Shown here: positions 38,242-47,502 of the stretch, in pieces
Layout of the letters: every line of letters starts with the position of its first letter
How positions within the stretch are numbered: the first letter of the stretch is position 1
Sequence record: KU935715.1
Reading direction: 5' to 3' (one strand)
DNA from: Acinetobacter phage vB_AbaM_ME3
DNA length: 64,000 nt
Position numbers and translations under genes: made by a program
The notes under the pieces: model-generated
The model's input: the letters and a program-made list of their open reading frames with translations, nothing else
Told to the model about the DNA's origin: nothing
Databases searched by the model: none

Positions 38242-39309
38242 TTATCTCAAAATAGCTATAGCTTGATAAGGTGAAATATTTGAATCAATCTCTATTTCAA
38301 CTTCTAATGGATCTGCAAGAGATTTCATAAAATGATAAACAGAAGCTGAAGAACCTGAACAAATAATTAATCGAGGTTTTCGACGAAGTAATGCACGAGT
38401 GCATTCACTAATCGTTGGCTTGATCTTTAGTTCATCTTGAACATTATAAGTTTCAGTAACATGATCAATAACAAAATTTGTACGCCGATCACATTGCTGC
38501 TTCAGATAAGAAGTAACCTTAGCAGGAATACTATCAAATTTATCTAATACTTCAGTAATTTGATCAAGAAAGTAGTTAGTTACATCATACTCTTGAAGAT
38601 TCTGATATATTGCACATGTGTGATATTTACCTTTATCTGAAATTACAGAACGAGATAATAACCCACTAATTACACTATTAAGAATTCCAAAAGGAATAAT
38701 TTCATCAGTGTCTGTAGCATAGATATCAGAGATATGATTAATGTCATTTAAGACTACTAAACGAAAAGGTTTCATACCTAAAGGTAAACCTAACTGTCTC
38801 CAACTTTCACGCAACTGATTGAAAATTGTTCCTTTACCAGTCCAACCATCTACAAAGAATAGATCACATTCTGCACTATGTTTTTCGATAATATGATTAA
38901 ATGCTAATTCATCTAATCCAAAATCTCGAATAATAGATAGTGCATAATGGTGTACTTTAATCTTATAACGTAGTTCTAGAGAACGTTTAATTAATACACC
39001 TAAAGGTAGTCCAGCTCGAATTAAACTAGCTAATACAATATTGTTTTTATCTTTTGATTGTTCAAAAATTGCATCAGCTAATCCATTAATCCATTTACCT
39101 AAACTAATACGATATGAGTAAGAACTCATTAAACGATTAAATTCAGATAATTGTTCACGAGATGGAGCATCTTCAGATAACAGAAAAGATGAATAATGTT
39201 CACCAGAAGCAATACGAGCTTCTTTTTCATCTTTAGTGATAAATGTATGATCTGTAGAAATATTTAATAAAAGGGTAACATCTTCTGGTTTAAATGTACT
39301 AAAAGTCAT
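38242..39309 (-). CDS. phosphoribosyltransferase (type I PRTase-like) paralog A
   Basis: PRPP-loop-like LFFVDGWTGKGT. Its N-terminal region AGLPLGVLIKRSL is paralogous to the second PRTase (AETGLGLGYLVHNQL). Confidence 0.5.
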   Translation of the reverse strand: MTFSTFKPEDVTLLLNISTDHTFITKDEKEARIASGEHYSSFLLSEDAPSREQLSEFNRLMSSYSYRISLGKWINGLADAIFEQSKDKNNIVLASLIRAGLPLGVLIKRSLELRYKIKVHHYALSIIRDFGLDELAFNHIIEKHSAECDLFFVDGWTGKGTIFNQLRESWRQLGLPLGMKPFRLVVLNDINHISDIYATDTDEIIPFGILNSVISGLLSRSVISDKGKYHTCAIYQNLQEYDVTNYFLDQITEVLDKFDSIPAKVTSYLKQQCDRRTNFVIDHVTETYNVQDELKIKPTISECTRALLRRKPRLIICSGSSASVYHFMKSLADPLEVEIEIDSNISPYQAIAILR

Positions 39310-40025
39310 GATAATAACTCTTTAATAATTTGAACATTATCTTTAGTAGGAGTCATTAAGAAATCACATTCTAACATAAAGAACAGATCAGATTTTGAAT
39401 CACCTATACCAATAGTAACTACACCTGGATGTAGCTCTAACATCTTTTTCTTAATGAAACGAACAGCATCTGTTTTAGGTTTTAATGTTTTAGGGAATAT
39501 AGAAAAACCAGTACCATTAATATACAACTCAAGCCCTTTGTGTTGCTTTAGAATAGAATTTAATTTTAATAAATCCGTAGACTTGTTGTTAATGTTCCCT
39601 TCAATATAAAACCCATAAGTTTTATGAGTAATTAATTTTGAATGAACATTATACAAATGAAGGTACTTAATACTTTCTCTTAATTCATTCTGACTACTAG
39701 ATACTTTACCAATAAGGGTGTCAGTAAATTCTGGAATCAATTTATTATCATAGGTATAAATAAATACACCATAATTACAAACTTTAAATGAGTTAAAGTT
39801 AAAAGTTGATTCAACACGTTTTAAACTTTCAATAGATCTAGCAGTTACAGGAATAACACCACTAGAGCCTGAGTTAAATTCATTAAATAAAGAAATTTGT
39901 TTAGGGGTAGTGCAAATATTACTACCAGAATCTGATGTATAAACAACGTGACGTGGTTCATCAGACTCTAGATGGCGTTCAGTTTGAATGAAAGTTAAAT
40001 CGAGATCACAAAAGCTTAAAAACAT
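39306..40025 (-). CDS. HAD-superfamily phosphatase
   Basis: Motif I FCDLDLTF (DxDxT) at the N-terminus. Motif IV GIGDSKSDL near the C-terminus. Confidence 0.6.
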   Translation of the reverse strand: MFLSFCDLDLTFIQTERHLESDEPRHVVYTSDSGSNICTTPKQISLFNEFNSGSSGVIPVTARSIESLKRVESTFNFNSFKVCNYGVFIYTYDNKLIPEFTDTLIGKVSSSQNELRESIKYLHLYNVHSKLITHKTYGFYIEGNINNKSTDLLKLNSILKQHKGLELYINGTGFSIFPKTLKPKTDAVRFIKKKMLELHPGVVTIGIGDSKSDLFFMLECDFLMTPTKDNVQIIKELLS

Positions 40026-41133
40026 TTACATTATTCCATGCAACCAATGATTCTATTAATGAACTTTGAGGAGCATCTTCGATAGATAAACACACAGAAT
40101 CAAGTCCTTTATTTAATAGGTCATCGAAATTATATAGATATGATTCCATTGTGGAATCATAAAGATTAGGAAGTACAAGTTTAGTCTTAATAATAGTATT
40201 AAGCTTTAACGGAGAAGATGAAATAGACAACAATACTGAATCTTTTCCAGTATTATTAAATTTATTTATACAATTTAGAAGAGAAGCAAAGATTAATTCA
40301 TCATAATAAATCTGAATATCAGAACTATTGAAGTACTTAGGATCTTTACATTTAGAGACAATGTCTGACAAAGAGTCAAACGAAGGTAATCTGAAATGAT
40401 CATTAGTTACATTTGTTAATGATACATTATCAGATTTTTTATAAGGAAGATGTGGTACTGGAACATTCGAATCTTGTTCCCAAGTATAAGTACCTTTAAC
40501 TAACGAATAAGTCTTTAGTTCAACATCATCTACTGTTAAATTTGAAGACCAATCTGTTAAAGAGAGAACAATAACTTTTCTTAAACAAGGTAATTTTTCT
40601 TTAAGAGATTCAACTAAATTCTTAATAGTATTACCTGTAGTGACTTCATCATCTACAATAATTAAAGTATTTGTTTGTTCTAAATGCTCATTAACAGATT
40701 TGTCAAAAGACTTATAGATATAATGATTAGGGAAATGACTATGAGGTTCTACAAATTCAGCAAGAACAGGAGCAGATAATGTTCTTCGTGTAGTTTGTAG
40801 ACGTAGAATATTAACCCAATCTTTAGATAATTGGTTATGAACTAAATAACCTAACCCTAAACCAGTTTCTGCTAAAGAGAGCAGAGAAATTTTATTATTT
40901 TCACCTTCTAAGTCTTTAGACTCAATTTGTTCACTAAGAGACTTAGCTATAGAGTTTAATATACTAAAAGGTGTAGGGGTATAACGACCAATTACTTTAG
41001 ATACGAACATGAACTGACGTTTAGGATTTAAACGTTCAGCTAAAGAGCAAATACTATCAAAACGATAATGTTCAGTTTCGAAATTCAGAGATAATTTTCC
41101 AGTATTTAAATTATACTCTTTAAAATTTGACAT
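40006..41133 (-). CDS. phosphoribosyltransferase (type I PRTase) paralog B
   Basis: Canonical PRPP-binding loop TLIIVDDEVTTGNT (hhhhDDxxxTGxT) at about residue 150. It has a ~200-aa C-terminal extension. Confidence 0.65.
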   Translation of the reverse strand: MSNFKEYNLNTGKLSLNFETEHYRFDSICSLAERLNPKRQFMFVSKVIGRYTPTPFSILNSIAKSLSEQIESKDLEGENNKISLLSLAETGLGLGYLVHNQLSKDWVNILRLQTTRRTLSAPVLAEFVEPHSHFPNHYIYKSFDKSVNEHLEQTNTLIIVDDEVTTGNTIKNLVESLKEKLPCLRKVIVLSLTDWSSNLTVDDVELKTYSLVKGTYTWEQDSNVPVPHLPYKKSDNVSLTNVTNDHFRLPSFDSLSDIVSKCKDPKYFNSSDIQIYYDELIFASLLNCINKFNNTGKDSVLLSISSSPLKLNTIIKTKLVLPNLYDSTMESYLYNFDDLLNKGLDSVCLSIEDAPQSSLIESLVAWNNVNVFKLL

Positions 41134-41136
41134 GTC

Positions 41137-41436
41137 TTAATCCTTTTTAGGATAGATATATTGTTGGTATTGAGCAATTGCAGCAGCTGAAGAGAAACCT
41201 TTATCAAGAAGAATACATCGAACAGTATCTTCAATATTCTCCAGACTAACCATAACATCTTGTAAAGATAAAGGTGGTTTTGGTTCTTCATCGAAGTCTT
41301 GATAATCTAATTGAGATTCTATCTTTTCAGCAGATCCTTTCTTTTCTTTTTCAGAAATATCTAATAAGGACTCTTCAATATGATGCAGGCTCATTAAGAT
41401 GTCTAAAATGAGTTTTGTATTATCTTGGTGTGACAC
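41137..41436 (-). CDS. hypothetical acidic protein (99 aa), GTG start
   Basis: GTG at 41436 preceded by an AAGGA Shine-Dalgarno. It lies downstream of the intra-operon terminator. Confidence 0.5.
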   Translation of the reverse strand: MSHQDNTKLILDILMSLHHIEESLLDISEKEKKGSAEKIESQLDYQDFDEEPKPPLSLQDVMVSLENIEDTVRCILLDKGFSSAAAIAQYQQYIYPKKD

Positions 41437-41447
41437 TTTAAATCCTT

Positions 41448-41482
41448 CTGAAAAAGAAAAGGACAGAATATTTCATCTGTCC
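41448..41482 (-). terminator. intrinsic terminator after TerD gene
   Basis: 7-bp stem GGACAGA / TCTGTCC with an 8-nt loop. The minus-strand RNA hairpin is followed by UUUUCUUUUUC. Confidence 0.55.
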
Positions 41483-41520
41483 ATCTCTTTGTTATTTATT
41501 CAATTTAGAAATTTTAAATC

Positions 41521-42132
41521 TTATTCGGTTTTAGCACCATAAGATTGTAATACTTCTTCTAAGCCGTTATCAAATCCAAGATCGATTTTCTTAACTCGCC
41601 AACCACCATCATGACGATAGATTTCAGCAACATTAACAGCTTTAGATGCAGCATGATCTTCAGTCAAATCAATTTTGAGTGAATCCATACCATCAACATT
41701 TACATCAACGTAAGCATTTTCAACTTGACCAAATGTGATACCAAGATTCTTTTCATCATGGATACTCATAAGTACCATGATACATCCAATTTCGGGTGGT
41801 AGGGTTTCTAAATTTAGATTACCATTTTCATCATAACCGTCACCAGAACCATCACGATTGTCTTTATCAAGAACAATACTACCACAAGCCGATTTTAACA
41901 AGTTATAGAAAACAATTCCTGGATTTCCATCAGACTGTGTTACAAGATTTTTAGATTTTGAATCTGCTAATAAAATAAAACTTAAATCTAAGTCATGTTT
42001 AACATTAGATTGACGAGCAGAATCCCAACCACAGCCTACATGTACACTTTTTAAAGATACAGCAGAACCATCAGGTTTAGCTAAACGAATAGGTACACCT
42101 TTAGTTAAAGGGATAACATGTTGAGTAGTCAT
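41521..42132 (-). CDS. terD: TerD-domain protein (tellurite-resistance TerD/TerZ/CABP family)
   Basis: Collinear with bacterial TerD: KG..I.L.K, the VGLGWD block (HVGCGWDS), DLDLS, the acidic Ca-binding run DNRDGSGDGYDENGNLNLE, and the C-terminal block EIYRHDGGWRVKKIDLGFDNGL. Confidence 0.85.
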   Translation of the reverse strand: MTTQHVIPLTKGVPIRLAKPDGSAVSLKSVHVGCGWDSARQSNVKHDLDLSFILLADSKSKNLVTQSDGNPGIVFYNLLKSACGSIVLDKDNRDGSGDGYDENGNLNLETLPPEIGCIMVLMSIHDEKNLGITFGQVENAYVDVNVDGMDSLKIDLTEDHAASKAVNVAEIYRHDGGWRVKKIDLGFDNGLEEVLQSYGAKTE

Positions 42133-42142
42133 AATAAAATCC

Positions 42143-42493
42143 TTATGAAATTGTAAAACGAATAACAGGAGGAAGACCTGTTACTGAATAATTTATAATT
42201 GGTTCACGTTGGTTAGTTTTAATGTGTCTATAAGATGTAAGCTTTTTAACTAACCTTTCATGTTCCCATTTTTTAAACTTAGTCTCAGACTGCTCTAACA
42301 TCTGAGAAATATAAGGCGCCAAAAAACTTCCTGTATCTTTTAAGCTAAGGAGTTCTTTTCTGTACTCTTGAAGAGTTGACGCATATACTAAAATGAGCCT
42401 ACCTGACTGAGTACGAATTAAAGTTCCTTTATCAGTAATAAATAATTCGTACTCAAGTTGAGGTAGTTGTTTATTATGCTGCAAGTGTTCCAT
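42143..42493 (-). CDS. hypothetical protein (116 aa)
   Basis: ORF track; operon member. Confidence 0.5.
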   Translation of the reverse strand: MEHLQHNKQLPQLEYELFITDKGTLIRTQSGRLILVYASTLQEYRKELLSLKDTGSFLAPYISQMLEQSETKFKKWEHERLVKKLTSYRHIKTNQREPIINYSVTGLPPVIRFTIS

Positions 42494-43586
42494 TATCAGA
42501 ACTACTTTCTTTTTTGTTTTCTCGAATAGATGAGAAAACAGCTAAGATGATGAAGGCAATACTAATAAGGCCTACAGCAACTTCTGGTAGATGAATAAAC
42601 GGAGAAGAAAGCATAATCAATGCTAATGCTGCAATTGCATACATAGCACCATGTTCAAGATAACGATATGTATCAAGAGTTCCTTTCTTAACTAAATAAA
42701 CAGTTAAGCAACGAACAACCATAGCACCAATAGCTAAACCAAGCATGATAACAATAATGTCAGTAGTAACAGCAAAAGCTCCAGCTACACCATCAACGCT
42801 AAATGAAGCATCAACTAATTCTAGATAAAGGAAACCACCAATACCTGCTTTAACTGTACCAGTTGCTACTTGACCATTCGCTTCAGATTCTTCTTCAGTA
42901 TCACCAGTAAACATTTCAATAATGGAGCCTAAAGCTTGCACACCAAAATAAGAAGCGATACCTACGAGACCACCTTTAAAAATCTGACTACTTAAAATAG
43001 CATCTGACATTGTAATTACAATTAAGGCTGCAAGAACAATAAATGCAAACATATAAGGAGTAAACCAACCAAAGGTTTTACCTAATACTTCACCAACCTT
43101 CTCTAAAGGTCCTAACCAGTTAACATCTTTTTCATCATCAAAGAAGAAGTTTAAGAACACCAACAATAAGAACATACCACCAAAAGAAGCAACTAATGTA
43201 TGGCTTGCTAAAAGATGTTTAGAGTATTCGGTAGGACTATTAAGTGCTAATGTAAAAGATTCAATAAACGACATTTCTGTTGTGGATGAAACAATTACAA
43301 TAGGAAATACGAGTCGCATACCAAATACAGCAACAAGAATACCAACTGTTAAAAATAACTTTTGCCAGAATGGATTCCAATGTTTTAAAACTGTGGCATT
43401 ATATACAGCATTATCAATTGATAATGAAATTTCCAGTACAGCTAAAATAACTGTAATGAATAAGATATTGAATGCTTGACTTAATCCTGCATCTACACCG
43501 TGATTTAAACCCCAGAAGAAAGCTAAGGTTAAACACACCAGACCAAAGATGATAGAAAGTTTGAAGTTATCCCAAATATTTTTCAT
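42474..43586 (-). CDS. polytopic integral membrane protein (TerC-like?)
   Basis: 370 aa with about 8-9 hydrophobic helices. Its position in a Ter-type operon suggests a TerC/DUF475-like transporter, which is inference. Confidence 0.5.
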   Translation of the reverse strand: MKNIWDNFKLSIIFGLVCLTLAFFWGLNHGVDAGLSQAFNILFITVILAVLEISLSIDNAVYNATVLKHWNPFWQKLFLTVGILVAVFGMRLVFPIVIVSSTTEMSFIESFTLALNSPTEYSKHLLASHTLVASFGGMFLLLVFLNFFFDDEKDVNWLGPLEKVGEVLGKTFGWFTPYMFAFIVLAALIVITMSDAILSSQIFKGGLVGIASYFGVQALGSIIEMFTGDTEEESEANGQVATGTVKAGIGGFLYLELVDASFSVDGVAGAFAVTTDIIVIMLGLAIGAMVVRCLTVYLVKKGTLDTYRYLEHGAMYAIAALALIMLSSPFIHLPEVAVGLISIAFIILAVFSSIRENKKESSSDNGTLAA

Positions 43587-43598
43587 GATTAATCCTTA

Positions 43599-44288
43599 TT
43601 AACCAAATTTTGCAATAACTTCAGGATTGACTACAGCATCAATTAATTCTGCATCAGTCTTACTGAAATCAGCAATACTAGAGTAACCAACTGAATCGTA
43701 ACGATCACCTAAGCTACTTAAGAAGTTTGAATGGAAGCCTACACAAATAAGTTGAACATATACATTATTTGATGATTCGATTTGTTTGATTTTAGCTTCA
43801 AACTCACGTTCGTCAGATGAAGAGGTTTCACCATCTGTAATAAAGGTAATAAGTTGTTTACCTTTAATGGAAGCCAATGGGTTACCAAATAACCCACCAA
43901 GGAATCCACCGCCACCAAGTTTCTTAAGAATAGCATCGATAGCTGGTGTATAAGCTGTACCGCCAAAACCATACTTACGAATGCTTTCACCTAAGATATG
44001 TTCTACTTGGTCATATTGGCTTACATTTAATGTCCCAGCATCAAATGCTTGGCTATGATAAACAACAAATGGTAAGTTACCATCATCATCAATTACATTA
44101 CTAATACCAAGAAGATGACGAAGAATATTAGCTACAGTACCATTACCAAAGTAGTTAGACATACTTCCTGATTGATCTAATACTAAAGAGACATTAATGT
44201 CTTTAGGAATATTTGTAACACCTTTCTTTTGAAGAGAAATTACTACATCTTCAGAAACTTTTTTCAGAGAGATTACTTGAGAAGTCAT
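43599..44288 (-). CDS. vWA-domain protein (TerY-like)
   Basis: MIDAS motif VSLVLDQSGSM and a downstream conserved T (GGTAYTPAI); 229 aa. Confidence 0.7.
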   Translation of the reverse strand: MTSQVISLKKVSEDVVISLQKKGVTNIPKDINVSLVLDQSGSMSNYFGNGTVANILRHLLGISNVIDDDGNLPFVVYHSQAFDAGTLNVSQYDQVEHILGESIRKYGFGGTAYTPAIDAILKKLGGGGFLGGLFGNPLASIKGKQLITFITDGETSSSDEREFEAKIKQIESSNNVYVQLICVGFHSNFLSSLGDRYDSVGYSSIADFSKTDAELIDAVVNPEVIAKFG

Positions 44289-45250
44289 TATACTTCACCT
44301 ACATAATGGTTAGCGGTAACTTGGTATTGATCACCAAATAATTTAATAAGTTCTTTCTTGAGAACATCCATAGGATAATCATCAATGTTAGAGATTTTAA
44401 CAATTTCATAACGTTCTTGATTATGGAAATTTTGATAAATAATCTTACGACCAATAGCTTTATCAAAATGATCATTTACATGACATAATGCAGAACTTAC
44501 TGCCATATATGTCATTCCATTATGAACGAATAATAAAGCTAATCCAGTAATACCACCAGTAGAATTTAAATCTACTTCTTCGTTAGGATTTTTAACTTGC
44601 TGTTCGCAAATGTATTCAAATGTTCCATACATATTTTCGTAGAACTTATTATTATAACGACGAATATAAATTGGAATTGTTTGAATATTACGTGCAAGTA
44701 ATCCTTCAAATTGGGCAGTAATAGTAGACTTAGCTAAAATCTCTAACTCTGCTTCTTTGGCAAAAGTAAGAGGATGTACACCAGTATCTGGTTTTTCTTG
44801 TTTAGGTAAAGGAGCTTTTTCAAGAACTACTTTATTAATGAAACGATAGAATTGGCTCAATACTTTAGGATATTGGCGATCTTCAGTTTCTAAGATAATT
44901 TGATTATTAATTAATTGAGATTTTAAACGATCTTTTGCTTCTACACGACCGATTAAGCGAGAATAAGTATCTTCTTTACTACAAATAGCATAAGAATACT
45001 GAGGAAGAGAAAGTGAAGGGGAAACTAAAATAGCAACACATACACCGTTAATACGATTTGTGTTATAACGACGAGCGTTATTAATTTTAGTGGCTAATAA
45101 GTGACTGTGGTGAAAGATATATACTTTCGAGTCTGGATAGTTTTCTTTAAACCAACTATTTAGTTGGATGTCAGATTCATGATAAGCAACATTGAAATTG
45201 ACTTGACGATTTTTCTTAGCAGATGGATTTCCAATCTGAGCAACTGTCAT
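44288..45250 (-). CDS. hypothetical protein (320 aa), last gene of Ter-associated operon
   Basis: ORF track; 1-nt overlap with the vWA gene. Confidence 0.55.
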   Translation of the reverse strand: MTVAQIGNPSAKKNRQVNFNVAYHESDIQLNSWFKENYPDSKVYIFHHSHLLATKINNARRYNTNRINGVCVAILVSPSLSLPQYSYAICSKEDTYSRLIGRVEAKDRLKSQLINNQIILETEDRQYPKVLSQFYRFINKVVLEKAPLPKQEKPDTGVHPLTFAKEAELEILAKSTITAQFEGLLARNIQTIPIYIRRYNNKFYENMYGTFEYICEQQVKNPNEEVDLNSTGGITGLALLFVHNGMTYMAVSSALCHVNDHFDKAIGRKIIYQNFHNQERYEIVKISNIDDYPMDVLKKELIKLFGDQYQVTANHYVGEV

Positions 45251-45345
45251 TTTTACTATATCCTTAAAAGGTAAAGTGTGTGGAAAGAAGTTTTAGTTGC
45301 ACATTAAGGCAACTATTCTTCAGTAATAAATAAAAAATAAAAAGA

Positions 45346-45942
45346 CTATAAGCCTAAGTTCTTTAACAGAGTCTTAGATAAGTTCTGTTTAGCCCAAGTG
45401 ATATAAGCTGGATCAACATGTTGAACTTCTTTTACAGTTCTTCCTTTATATCGACCCATAGTAAATGTAGGTTCAGAATAAGTATAGAAGTGCATAGGAT
45501 GTACTTTAATCTTATTAAATACTGAATCAAAGTATTCATTCATTGATTGAATAGCTAAAGGATCTGTTACTACTAAAGCCATATCATCATAGCTACTTCC
45601 TGTAAGATTTATACCACCTATGATAGCTTTATTACCACGAGATATATACTTTAAATGAAGATTTTTAGCTACATGAATATTATAATTTTTAGACAATCCT
45701 AATAAATTATTAGATCGTTTTTGATTATTCACATCACAAGCTTTACAACCTACAGTACAAGAACTATATGAAGTTCCAATCATTATCGATGAGGGTGCAG
45801 CTAAAGTTAAATCTAAAAAACGTTCAGTATCTTCATTACGAACAGATAAATTAAAAGAGGATATACGAACTTGACCTCTTTCTCTTTGCAGTATATTAGT
45901 AGCTTCACTAATAAACTCTGCATAAGTTTTTAATACTTTCAT
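45346..45942 (-). CDS. hypothetical protein (198 aa)
   Basis: ORF track. Confidence 0.5.
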   Translation of the reverse strand: MKVLKTYAEFISEATNILQRERGQVRISSFNLSVRNEDTERFLDLTLAAPSSIMIGTSYSSCTVGCKACDVNNQKRSNNLLGLSKNYNIHVAKNLHLKYISRGNKAIIGGINLTGSSYDDMALVVTDPLAIQSMNEYFDSVFNKIKVHPMHFYTYSEPTFTMGRYKGRTVKEVQHVDPAYITWAKQNLSKTLLKNLGL

Positions 45943-46568
45943 TAAGGAGTGTACTCAACTATGTAGAGATCTACTAAACCATCTTCAAAGACAGAAGTTA
46001 ACAAAGGAAAAACTTCATCTTCCCAACTCATTCCACCACGATCACTAGCAAGTTTATATGGTACATAAACTGGAATTTTTGCATTCTTAGCTAAGGTTTT
46101 AACTTGTTGTAAACCTTGTTCTAAAGAACTTAAACAAGTATTACGAGATGGAATACGACTAATACGAAATTGAGAAAAGATATTAGCAATAAATAAATCA
46201 GAATTAATTGAATTAAAAGAAACTTTACCTAATAAGTCATCTTTATTATCTTCAATAAAAGCTAAATACTCTTCTTCCCAACCTTGATACATCTTTTTAA
46301 TTGGTACTACAACACCTGAACCACTACGTCCTAGTGTATTAACTTGATGGGTAATAACACCTTTATCTGTATGTGTTATATCTCCCTTAATCCAATGAAT
46401 GTTATTCAAAATAGTAACATCTCCAATAGCAATGTTACCTAACACTGAAGGATTATTCTTGTACTGAGAATAGTTTAAACGTATGTTTCCTTTTACATCA
46501 TCTACTGAATGAATATGAAATGTATGAGAAAGACTAGAATCTTTTAACTTAAAGCACTTACCTAACAT
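45942..46568 (-). CDS. macro-domain protein (ADP-ribose binding/processing)
   Basis: Macro signature GDITHTDKGVITHQVNTLGRSGSGVVVPI (cf. GDIT...IVNAAN...GGGV..AI) and a C-terminal block IPVYVPYKLASDRGG. The ATG is at 46568 (the track start is TTG at 46574). Confidence 0.6.
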   Translation of the reverse strand: MLGKCFKLKDSSLSHTFHIHSVDDVKGNIRLNYSQYKNNPSVLGNIAIGDVTILNNIHWIKGDITHTDKGVITHQVNTLGRSGSGVVVPIKKMYQGWEEEYLAFIEDNKDDLLGKVSFNSINSDLFIANIFSQFRISRIPSRNTCLSSLEQGLQQVKTLAKNAKIPVYVPYKLASDRGGMSWEDEVFPLLTSVFEDGLVDLYIVEYTP

Positions 46569-46590
46569 AGGCAACTATTCTCCAGTTGTA

Positions 46591-46666
46591 TTAAAAAATT
46601 AAACAATGTAAATACATAGACTTTAAAAGATAACACTTAATAAATATAAGTCTATGTATTTACATT
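46591..46666 (-). terminator. large hairpin terminator / possible RNase III site
   Basis: Perfect 19-bp inverted repeat AATGTAAATACATAGACTT (46605..46623) / AAGTCTATGTATTTACATT (46648..46666) with a 24-nt loop. On the minus-strand RNA it is followed by GUUUAAUUUUUUAA. Confidence 0.55.
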
Positions 46667-46698
46667 ACTACATATTATTTAAGTTTAAAATGTTCATA

Positions 46699-46756
46699 AA
46701 AGAGTTTTAAAATTCTTTTAGAAAATTAATATTTTTACATTAAAGAGTTTTAAAAT
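46699..46756 (-). promoter_or_regulatory. 15-nt direct repeat pair in intergenic region (candidate tandem promoters/operators)
   Basis: AAAGAGTTTTAAAAT occurs at 46699..46713 and 46742..46756. On the coding strand each reads ATTTTAAAACTCTTT, followed 17 nt later by TATTAAT/TAAATAAT-like -10 hexamers. Confidence 0.35.
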
Positions 46757-46810
46757 GACTAGTAATAATACCTGTTTATATACTACAGATTAAGGTCTAC
46801 TCAGAATGGA

Positions 46811-46846
46811 AATAAAAGAAAAAAGAGACTTGTTAAAGTCTCTTTT
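46811..46846 (-). terminator. intrinsic terminator after gene 46851..47492
   Basis: 11-bp stem AAAAGAGACTT / AAGTCTCTTTT with the loop GTTA. On the minus-strand RNA it is followed by UUUUCUUUUAUUU. Confidence 0.7.
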
Positions 46847-46850
46847 AATA

Positions 46851-47492
46851 TTAGTCTGGAAAATTAGTAACATCAAATAATTGTCCAGCATAACCTAATT
46901 GAACTGCTAGTTGTTCTAGATCTAAAAGTGAATAACGAGTACATCCAATAGATATATGATTATCTCCTCGATTTAATCGAACACGATAATAATCTTGGTA
47001 AGCTATTTGATGTGAATCATCATATACTTCAATTACTTTCGAAATGTTAACACTATAATGAATATTAAATAAACGTTTAACTGTTAAAATACTAGTACAA
47101 CGTTGCATACCATTACGTTCTTTAATTTTAGAATGCAATATTTCATAATGATCTAAAATATTAAATGAATCCAAAGGTACTATAGTAAGATTATTAAAAT
47201 TAAAATCTTTTATAGACAAACCATCTTTAAGCTCATGAAAAGCATTAATAACTTTTTTAGCATTCTCTTCAGATAAATTATGAGGAGAAGATACTAAAGC
47301 TATTCGTAATAGTTTAGGATTTATTTTAAATTGGTTAAACATATGTCCAATATTATCTAAATTTAATTTAGGGATAACATGAACTTCTAGTTCAACCTTT
47401 TCAAATGTACATTGTTTAATTAAAGCTATTTGATCTTCAGGTTCCATTTTAGACCAAATATCTCTATCTACATATTTAACAGACTTTGTCAT
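46851..47492 (-). CDS. hypothetical protein (213 aa)
   Basis: ORF track. Confidence 0.55.
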   Translation of the reverse strand: MTKSVKYVDRDIWSKMEPEDQIALIKQCTFEKVELEVHVIPKLNLDNIGHMFNQFKINPKLLRIALVSSPHNLSEENAKKVINAFHELKDGLSIKDFNFNNLTIVPLDSFNILDHYEILHSKIKERNGMQRCTSILTVKRLFNIHYSVNISKVIEVYDDSHQIAYQDYYRVRLNRGDNHISIGCTRYSLLDLEQLAVQLGYAGQLFDVTNFPD

Positions 47493-47502
47493 AAATTATC
47501 TA

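Noticed and set aside
45346-45942. Possible PLD/Nuc-family nuclease, suggested by the segment HVAKNLHLKYISRGNKAIIGGINLTGSS.
   Set aside because: The spacing does not satisfy HxKxxxxD...GSxN, since the Asp is missing. It is left as hypothetical.
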